Source of the DNA: an uncultured Candidatus Kuenenia sp.
Lineage (GTDB): Bacteria > Planctomycetota > Planctomycetia > Pirellulales > UBA1268
Direction of reading: 5' to 3'
DNA: 40,316 nt
NCBI GenBank assembly: GCA_964425395.1
Contig: CAYRNG010000155.1
Location: 1-40,316 of the forward strand
The notes beneath the pieces are model-generated. The model had not been told where the DNA came from. It did not search any database and saw only the letters and a program-made list of their open reading frames with translations. Both the position numbers and the translations under genes were made by a program. This document shows, piece by piece, positions 35,494-40,316 of this stretch. Position 1 is the first letter of the stretch, and each line of letters begins with the position of its first letter.

Positions 35494-35528
35494 CACGGCG
35501 TGCCGGACCTACACGGCGTGCCGGACCT
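35494..35528. repeat. Tandem direct repeat 2 x CACGGCGTGCCGGACCT (18-nt period)
   Basis: Copies at 35494-35510 and 35512-35528 are identical and separated by a single A. They lie 7 nt downstream (minus strand) of the response-regulator stop, inside the 160-nt gap before the kinase gene. Confidence 0.8.
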
Positions 35529-35535
35529 CTGGGTG

Positions 35536-36300
35536 TCAGGCCCGGAACCGGTAGCCCACGCCGCGAACGGTCTCGATGTAGGAGCCGGAGGCCCCGAGCT
35601 TCTTGCGGAGGCCGGCGATCTGAACATCCACCGATCGCTCCGTGACAGGATAATCCTCCCCCTTGACCGCGTCGACGATCTGGGGGCGGGTGTAGGCCCA
35701 GCCCGGCCGGCGGGCCAGAAACAGGAGCAGGGCGAACTCGGTGTAGGTCAGCTCCAGGAGCCGGCCGGCGAGGGTCGCCTCATGCCGGCCGGGGTTGATC
35801 GCCAGTTCGTGGACCTCGATCGTCAGCTCGACCTCGGCCTGCCGCTTGGCGTCGTGGCGGCGGAGGAGGGCCTTGATCCGGGCGGTCAGCACCCGGGGGC
35901 TGAAGGGCTTGGCGATGTAGTCGTCGGCGCCCCGGTCGAGGCCGGCGATCATGTCGCCCTCCTCGCTCTTGGCGGTGAGCATCACGATCGGCACCTCGCG
36001 GGTCCGGGCGTCGCCCTTGAGCCGCCGGCAGACCTCCAGGCCGTCCACGGCCGGAAGCATCAGATCGAGCACGATCAGGTCGGGGGGATCCTTGCGGGCG
36101 ACCTTGAGCGCCTCTTCGCCGCTGCCCACGCAGGCGACGTCGTAGCCTTCCTTGGCGAGGTTGTAGCGGACGAGTTCGAGGAGATCGTCTTCGTCGTCCA
36201 CCACGAGGATCCGATGGGCCGGAGCCGGCTGGCCTTCCTTGGACTTCGTCGACGCGTGCTTCACGAGGGCTTCCTGCTCGGCGGGGGCGACGGTGTTCAT
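35536..36300 (-). CDS. OmpR/PhoB-family response regulator
   Basis: Start re-set to the ATG at 36300, giving 254 aa. Receiver ILVVDDEDD...LIVLDLMLP...DDYIAKPF is followed by a winged helix LTYTEFALLLFLA...VDVQIAGLRKKL...VRGVGYRF. The remainder of track ORF 35536..37824 is an out-of-frame shadow of the SNF2 gene. Confidence 0.9.
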   Translation of the reverse strand: MNTVAPAEQEALVKHASTKSKEGQPAPAHRILVVDDEDDLLELVRYNLAKEGYDVACVGSGEEALKVARKDPPDLIVLDLMLPAVDGLEVCRRLKGDARTREVPIVMLTAKSEEGDMIAGLDRGADDYIAKPFSPRVLTARIKALLRRHDAKRQAEVELTIEVHELAINPGRHEATLAGRLLELTYTEFALLLFLARRPGWAYTRPQIVDAVKGEDYPVTERSVDVQIAGLRKKLGASGSYIETVRGVGYRFRA

Positions 36301-36426
36301 GGCTGGGCCATGGTGGGGAGCGAGGCGAGAGGAGGACCGACGCCGAGGCCGCGGACCTCGACCGAGACAGTATGCCCGGCCCCCGGCGGCCGCCAATCGT
36401 GAGAATTCGATGAAGGTCGCAGCAGC

Positions 36427-36468
36427 AGGAAAGGGGAAAGGGGACAGTCCCCTGCGGGGACAGTCCCC
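36427..36468 (-). terminator. Candidate intrinsic terminator after the SNF2 gene
   Basis: The 13-nt palindrome GGGGACAGTCCCC occurs twice (36440-36452 and 36456-36468), 3 nt apart. On the minus-strand RNA the two copies can pair (12 of 13 bp, GCA loop). They are followed by UUUCCCCUUUCCU and begin 5 nt after the SNF2 stop codon. Confidence 0.55.
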
Positions 36469-36473
36469 GGGCC

Positions 36474-39400
36474 TCACGAAAGCAGGAGTTCGACGTCTTC
36501 GGCCGTCAGGTTGGCGACCATCCCGGCATCGGCCCGCACGATCGACTCGGCCAATTCCCGCTTCTTGTCCTGCAGCGCCAGGATTTTCTCTTCCACCGTG
36601 TCGCGGGCGATCAGCCGGTAGGCGAACCCCCGCCGGGTCTGGCCGATCCGGTGGGCCCGGTCCACCGCCTGGGCCTCGACCGCCGGGTTCCACCAGGGGT
36701 CGAGGATGTAGATGTAGTCGGCGGCGGTGAGGTTGAGCCCCTGCCCCCCTGCCTTCAGGCTCACCAGGAACAGCCGGCAGCTCTCGTCCTCCTGAAACCG
36801 GGCCACGCGGGCCTGCCGGTCGGTGGTCCGGCCGTCCAGGTATTCGTAGGTCAGCGGCCGGGCGTCGAGCCGGCGGCGGAGGATCGCCAGGAAGCTGGTG
36901 AACTGGCTGAACACGAGCACCTTGTGCCCTTCGTCGATCACCTCCTCGAGCTGCTCGAGCAGCGTGTCGAGCTTGGCCGAAGGCTCGTCGATCCGGCCGG
37001 GATCGACGAGGCCCGGATGGCAGGCGGTCTGCCTGAGCCGGAGCAGCGCCTCGAGAACCGCGATCCGCGACCGCCCCAGGCCCATCCGGCCGATCCGGCC
37101 GGTGAGCTCCGCCCGGAAGTGATCGCGGAGCTCGTCGTAGGCCTGCCGCTGCGTCTCGCCGAGCTCGACGTAGAGCGTCTGCTCGGTCTTCTCGGGCAGG
37201 TCGGCGAGCACCTCGGCCTTGGTCCGCCGCAGCAGGTAGGGCCGCACCGCCCGGGCCACCACGTCGGCGCTGCCGCGGCCGTCGGCCAGAAACTTCCGCA
37301 GCCGGCTGGCGCTGCCGAGCTGGCCGGGGTTCAAAAATTCGAAGATGCTCCACAGCTCGCCGATGTGGTTCTCGACCGGCGTGCCGGTGAGGGCCAGCCG
37401 GTGGCGGGCCTTGAGCAGCCGGCAGGCCTTGGCCGCCTGGCTGGCGGCGTTCTTGATCGACTGGGCCTCGTCGAGGATCACGTAATCGAACTCGGTTTCC
37501 CGGTGGCGGACGATGTCCCGCCGCAGCGTGCCGTAGGTGGTGATCACGATGTCGTGGTTGGCCAGATCGCCGGCCAGGTCGGCCCGGGCGTTGCCGGTGT
37601 GGTTGGCCACCTGGAGGGCGGGGGCGAACTTCCGCGCCTCGTCCATCCAGTTGAAGACCAGGCTCTTGGGCACCACCACGAGGCTCGGCCGGCGGGGAAT
37701 CCCTCCGGCGGCGAGCTCCTGCTTGCGGCGGGCCAGGAGGGCGAGCACCTGGATCGTCTTGCCGAGGCCCATGTCGTCGGCCAGGCAGCCCCCCAGGCCG
37801 AGCCGCTCGAGGAACACGAGCCACCCCAGACCCTCCCGCTGGTAGTGCCGGAGCGTCCCCTCGAAGCCGGCCGGCTCCTGCTCGGCCTCCGGTCGCTCGC
37901 CGGCCGTGAGCTGGTCGCGGAGCCGCTCGAAGGCCTCGTCGAAGTGGGTCCGTGGCTGGCCGGCCAAGAGCGCGTCGAGCAGGGCCACCTGGATCCGGCC
38001 ATAGCGGAGCCGGCCGTCGTGCTTCTGAGCCAGGGCCGCGAAGGGGGCGAACTCGGCGGCGAACGAGTCGGGCAGGATCCCGAGCGACCCGTCGGCCAGC
38101 TCTACCGACCGCGTGCCGGCGGCCAGCGCCTCGAGCAGGGCCGGCAGCTCCGCCCGCACGCCCCCGAAATCGATCTCGGCCGAAAGCTCGAACCAGTCGA
38201 TTCCGCTGGTCACGTTCCAGGCCACGCTGCCGGCCGGCCGGTAGCGCCGACCGGCCACCTCCACCGTCCAGCCCGTCGCCGCCAGCTGGGCCACCGAGCC
38301 GTCGAGCCGATTGCGGGCCACCTCGACGTGATGGGCGAGGTTGGCTCCGTCCACGGCGGCCCCGCGGGGCGGGGAGAAGCCGTGCCGGGGCAGCTGGGCA
38401 AGGGCCTCCCGCTCGGCCCCCCGGTCGCGGCGGACAAACACCTTGCGATCGGCGTCCGCCGCACCGCCGGCCGGGTCATCGGCGGCGATCAGGATCCCGG
38501 CATAGTCGAACCAGATCCGGCCGGCCAGCTGGACTCGGCCCTGGGGACGGCGGCGGCCAGGCGCCGGCTCGTCGAGGGAGACTGCCGGCGAGTCGTCGAG
38601 CACCAGCCGGGGCCGGGGCGGCCCCGACTCGATCCGCCAGCCGGTCCAGGCCGGCAGGACGACGCGGGGCACGTCGGCGAGCAGGGCCAGCCGCTCGATG
38701 AGGCCGTCGCACTGCGCGGAGGCCAGCTCGATGGGCCCGCGGCGCTCGAACTGGTCAATCCAGCCGGCCGCCGCGGTGGCCTCCAGGCGGGCGATCCGGT
38801 CGGCGAACACGACGATCCCCGCCTTGAGAATCGCCTTCGGCTCGGTGAGCGGCTTCCGCTGGCTGCCGCGGACGAGGGCCGCGGAGAGCGTGGCCTTGGC
38901 GGGCCGGCGGGGCTCGGCCTCGTCGTCGTCGCGGCGGCTGCGGGGCAGGTCGTCGTCGTCGGGCCCGACCAGGAAGGCCAGCTCCCAGGGGCGGCCCCCA
39001 TCCCAGGTCAGGGGCACGATCTGCTCGGGGGCCCGCCGGGGCTCGGGCTGGCTCACGAGCCGGCCGGTCTCGCAGAGGGCCGCCAGGTGGGTGGCCGCCG
39101 AGGCGGGGCTGACCACGAGCTTGGCGATCGAGCGCCGCTCGAGCGGCGTCGGCAGGCCGCCATCGACGCTCGCGGCCGCCCCTGCGAGCCGGCCCAGGAG
39201 CTCCTGCTCAGCCTGGTCAAGATCGGCAAACTCGACCTCGCCGGGGCCGATCACGATCGGTCGCGGCCGGCCGGTGGCGTTGCCGGCCACGTCGAGCTGC
39301 ATCCGACAGGGGGTGAGCACGGCCGCCCGGGCGTCGGTCGAGGCGCCGATTTCGAGCAGAAACACGAGCGCCCCGCCGGCCCGCCGGGCATCGGGAATCT

Positions 39401-39944
39401 CGATGCCGGTCGACCGCATCATGGGCTCGACGAGCCGCCGCCGCTCCTCGAGTTCCGTGGCCCAGGCGGGCAGCCGGGCGGCTCCGCGGGGAGTGCCCCG
39501 GCTGATCGTGGTCACCGGGGCGGCCCGCTCGCCGCGGGCCGCGGGCCGCAACGGCGGCGGCGGATCATCTGCGGCGGCGGCCTCGCCGTCTTCTTCGAGG
39601 TCGGCGCCGGGCTCCGCGATGACGTCGAGCTCGACGGGCGTCTGCTCGTGGATGCCGGAGAACAAACCGCGGCGATCGACCTCGAGGATCACCGCGGCCA
39701 GCGTGGCACAAGGCTGGCCGGCCCGGCCCGCCGCCGAGGAGCAGCGGCTCTCGAGCGTCATCCCGCCGCGGCGGTGGGCCGAAAGCTCGAGGAACACCTC
39801 GTGCTCCTCGCCGCCGTCTTGGGCCACCAGTGCCCGCACCTGCCCGACCCGGGGGCAGGAAACCTTGGTGGGAGTGATCCCGCGGGCCCGGGCGACGTCT
39901 GCTGGCTTGAACAGATGGAAGAGGCGGGTTTCGAGGGTCTTCAT
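36474..39944 (-). CDS. SNF2-family helicase/translocase with ~640-aa uncharacterised N-terminal region
   Basis: 1156 aa with ATG at 39942-39944. Motifs: LADDMGLGKTIQ (motif I), ILDEAQSIKN (DEAQ box), and helicase-C LVSLKAGGQGLNLTAADYIYILDPWWNPAVEAQAVDRAHRIGQTR. Confidence 0.9.
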   Translation of the reverse strand: MKTLETRLFHLFKPADVARARGITPTKVSCPRVGQVRALVAQDGGEEHEVFLELSAHRRGGMTLESRCSSAAGRAGQPCATLAAVILEVDRRGLFSGIHEQTPVELDVIAEPGADLEEDGEAAAADDPPPPLRPAARGERAAPVTTISRGTPRGAARLPAWATELEERRRLVEPMMRSTGIEIPDARRAGGALVFLLEIGASTDARAAVLTPCRMQLDVAGNATGRPRPIVIGPGEVEFADLDQAEQELLGRLAGAAASVDGGLPTPLERRSIAKLVVSPASAATHLAALCETGRLVSQPEPRRAPEQIVPLTWDGGRPWELAFLVGPDDDDLPRSRRDDDEAEPRRPAKATLSAALVRGSQRKPLTEPKAILKAGIVVFADRIARLEATAAAGWIDQFERRGPIELASAQCDGLIERLALLADVPRVVLPAWTGWRIESGPPRPRLVLDDSPAVSLDEPAPGRRRPQGRVQLAGRIWFDYAGILIAADDPAGGAADADRKVFVRRDRGAEREALAQLPRHGFSPPRGAAVDGANLAHHVEVARNRLDGSVAQLAATGWTVEVAGRRYRPAGSVAWNVTSGIDWFELSAEIDFGGVRAELPALLEALAAGTRSVELADGSLGILPDSFAAEFAPFAALAQKHDGRLRYGRIQVALLDALLAGQPRTHFDEAFERLRDQLTAGERPEAEQEPAGFEGTLRHYQREGLGWLVFLERLGLGGCLADDMGLGKTIQVLALLARRKQELAAGGIPRRPSLVVVPKSLVFNWMDEARKFAPALQVANHTGNARADLAGDLANHDIVITTYGTLRRDIVRHRETEFDYVILDEAQSIKNAASQAAKACRLLKARHRLALTGTPVENHIGELWSIFEFLNPGQLGSASRLRKFLADGRGSADVVARAVRPYLLRRTKAEVLADLPEKTEQTLYVELGETQRQAYDELRDHFRAELTGRIGRMGLGRSRIAVLEALLRLRQTACHPGLVDPGRIDEPSAKLDTLLEQLEEVIDEGHKVLVFSQFTSFLAILRRRLDARPLTYEYLDGRTTDRQARVARFQEDESCRLFLVSLKAGGQGLNLTAADYIYILDPWWNPAVEAQAVDRAHRIGQTRRGFAYRLIARDTVEEKILALQDKKRELAESIVRADAGMVANLTAEDVELLLS

Positions 39945-40074
39945 GGAGCCTGCGGTTCGGGCCGGTACCCGCGGCGGCCCGCCAGGCGGGATGCCGCGAA
40001 ACGAGCCATCCTACTCTGCCCGCTCCAGCGGATAAAACCCCTGGCCAGAAACGCGGCCGCCCCTTCCGTTGGTC

Positions 40075-40205
40075 GGGGTTGCCCGTGCCATCTCGCCGGA
40101 CGCTCGCTGAGGGCATCCTGCCCTCCGCTCGCTCGATGGAAACCGTCCTTCGGCATCCTGCCTCCGGACGGTTTCCAACGCCGTCGAGACAGCACGGGCA
40201 ACCCC
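40075..40205 (-). ncRNA. Candidate structured RNA or palindromic element: three-way junction with two GGC-AGGAU-GCC hairpin tips (minus-strand reading)
   Basis: Closing stem 40075-40088/40192-40205 is 14 perfect bp and is extended by 40091-40095/40185-40189. Internal hairpins lie at 40109-40125 and 40138-40176. The structure is seen directly. Transcription, strand and function are not established. Confidence 0.3.
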
Positions 40206-40217
40206 TCCCTCGACCCG

Positions 40218-40316
40218 CACGTAGCGGCGGGATTTCCTGGCGGGCAGGCGGAGCCTGGTATCCCGCCGGCCAGTTGGCGTCGCGTTTCCAGTACCGCTGT
40301 TTCCGGTTGGCTTCTT
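40218..40316 (+). repeat. Inverted, indel-bearing copy of the 33.4-kb REP-like composite repeat (truncated by the window end)
   Basis: CACGTAGCGGCGGGAT (40218-40233) is 16/16 identical to the reverse complement of 33490-33505. ATCCCGCCGGCCAGTTGG (40260-40277) is 17/18 identical to the reverse complement of 33469-33486. A 26-nt insert replaces the 3-nt loop. CGTTTCC...GGTTGGCTTC then matches the reverse complement of 33441-33463, with a 15-nt insertion. Confidence 0.7.

Noticed and set aside
35494-35528. Classical Pho box for the PhoB-like regulator
   Set aside because: The repeat period is 18 nt, not the 11-nt period of Pho boxes, and the sequence does not resemble CTGTCAT. It is kept only as an unexplained direct repeat.
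35536-37824. 762-aa track ORF suggesting a large response-regulator fusion
   Set aside because: The N-terminal 508 codons are an out-of-frame shadow of the SNF2 gene (Arg/Pro/Gly-rich) that also runs through the SNF2-to-regulator intergenic gap. The regulator begins at the ATG at 36300, after the terminator-like hairpin.
1-40316. Mobile genetic elements, prophage genes, or a canonical defence or toxin-antitoxin system
   Set aside because: No integrase, transposase, capsid or terminase genes, restriction-modification genes, cas genes or small paired toxin/antitoxin ORFs could be supported in any frame. The Uma2 nuclease and the SNF2 helicase are solitary.

Overview
High-GC (about 70% by eye) bacterial chromosomal window. 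The gene content looks planctomycete-like: Hanks kinases, PQQ-like beta-propellers, a Uma2 nuclease, Tat-exported xylose-isomerase-like TIM barrels and PF12831-like FAD oxidoreductases. This lineage call is inference only. I support 31 protein-coding loci, one of which is disrupted by an in-frame TAG. I see no rRNA, tRNA, CRISPR array, transposase or phage genes. Because of the GC content the six-frame track is full of long Arg/Pro/Gly-rich shadow ORFs. Several track ORFs also fuse real genes to spurious upstream extensions, so I re-set those starts by hand. Gene blocks, left to right: (1) a Ser/Thr kinase coupled to a secreted beta-propeller. (2) Pyrimidine nucleoside salvage genes (cdd, upp, deoA, nupC) interleaved with glpX and homospermidine synthase. 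(3) An IclR-associated operon of lactonase-like protein, FGGY kinase, class I aldolase and secreted beta-helix protein. (4) The broken FAD oxidoreductase. (5) A divergent pair: an unknown 468-aa protein and an LRAT-like thiol hydrolase/acyltransferase. (6) A TPCP-motif P1B ATPase, miaE and DUF2237. (7) A Tat TIM-barrel enzyme coupled to a 1034-aa propeller-esterase-lactonase fusion. (8) csrA. (9) A beta-CASP MBL nuclease, a LOG-family protein and a degenerate SDR. (10) A PhoR/PhoB-like two-component system and an 1156-aa SNF2 helicase. The signals most worth a second look are non-coding. First, a 131-nt three-way-junction palindrome upstream of the SNF2 gene has hairpin tips that read GGC-AGGAU-GCC on the gene strand, which is a CsrA-type site, and csrA lies in the same window. 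Second, a REP-like array with GTAG followed by a 9-bp stem fills the whole gap between two convergent genes, supplies both of their stop codons, and recurs inverted at the window end. Third, a 23-bp inverted repeat duplicates the first codons of the ATPase gene. No claim was checked against databases. Family calls rest on motifs I recognise in the translations.
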